Assembly (NCBI GenBank): GCA_964635665.1
Contig: CAZWNR010000001.1
Location: 1 to 41,256, forward strand
Origin: an uncultured bacterium
Lineage (GTDB): Bacteria > Cyanobacteriota > Cyanobacteriia > Phormidesmidales > Phormidesmidaceae
Direction: 5' to 3'
DNA: 41,256 nucleotides
Below are positions 40,681 to 41,256 of the stretch, in pieces; the first letter of the stretch is position 1, and the number at the start of each line of letters is the position of its first letter. Below the pieces are notes generated by a model that did no database searches, was not told the origin of the DNA, and saw nothing but the letters and a program-made list of their open reading frames with translations. The translations under genes were made by a program, and so were the position numbers.

Positions 40681-41256
40681 CTAACTTTGACGCTGGGCAA
40701 TCACGGCATAGAAGGGATCGGCCATGGCAAAGCCTAGCATTTGCAAAATTCCTGGCATGGGTGGGGCGTAGGCAACTACCTCTGGGGCACTAAATCCAGG
40801 GGCGGATTTGAAGTAGCTTTTCACTAAGTCAACTCGATCCGATTCATTACCATCGCGCCAAGCCGCAATGGCTTTTTGATAAAACATGCGATTTGAGAAA
40901 CTCACGATAGCGATCCCACCCGGCTTCAGCACTCGATAGATTTCACCAAATACAGTTTCAGGTTGCTGAAGGTATTGAACCGATACCGTATTTAGCACCG
41001 CATCAAAGGATTCATTCTCCAGGGATAGGCGCGGATTTTCGTTGAGGTTTTGGACAAAATAATGATTCAGCCGAGGATTTTTAGCCAGTTCTTCCTCGTT
41101 CATGCCATGGCCTTCTACCCAGTCAAACTTCATGTCTTCTGGCAGGTGAGAGACCCAGCTACTCATTAAGTCTAAAATGCGACCGTTGGGGGTTAGCCGC
41201 TGACGATAGAGATCTGTCAAGCGCTGAATAAAGCCCTCGTCCACATGGGTGACAAA
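40681..41256 (-). CDS. Class I SAM-dependent methyltransferase (5' end outside the window)
   Basis: Frame is open to the right edge (FVTHVDEGF...); ILDLMSSWVSHLP, SFDAVLNTVSVQYL, RVLKPGG motifs. Confidence 0.88.
   Translation of the reverse strand, partial: FVTHVDEGFIQRLTDLYRQRLTPNGRILDLMSSWVSHLPEDMKFDWVEGHGMNEEELAKNPRLNHYFVQNLNENPRLSLENESFDAVLNTVSVQYLQQPETVFGEIYRVLKPGGIAIVSFSNRMFYQKAIAAWRDGNESDRVDLVKSYFKSAPGFSAPEVVAYAPPMPGILQMLGFAMADPFYAVIAQRQS

Overview
This is a core-genome window from a cyanobacterium, shown by ndhN, ldpA, psb27, psb34 and the cyanobacterial layout of the ribosomal operon. From left to right it carries ppk1 (runs off the left edge), a TPR protein, sbcD, tadA, a PlsC-type acyltransferase and an enolase-superfamily epimerase/DUF1611 pair. 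Next is the rplC...secY-adk-infA block on the minus strand, divergent from ndhN-ldpA-ycf45-psb27, followed by rpmJ-rpsM-rpsK-rpoA-rplQ-truA-rplM-rpsI-rpmE-prfA on the plus strand. The right part holds a second Mre11/SbcD nuclease, a TauE/SafE transporter, a TPR/M48-like protein, a candidate ~130-nt sRNA, an RRM protein, a P-loop helicase-like protein, psb34, ppk2 and a truncated methyltransferase. Three real genes are missing from the ORF track: ppk1, rpmJ and psb34. I saw no tRNA, rRNA, CRISPR array or transposase. The two strongest leads are (i) a candidate RpaB/HLR1-controlled sRNA that shares a 13-nt motif with the leader of the neighbouring RNA-binding-protein gene, and (ii) a split of the normally contiguous ribosomal cluster at infA|rpmJ by an apparent ~16-kb inversion. 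All calls come from motif recognition by eye; no database search was run.
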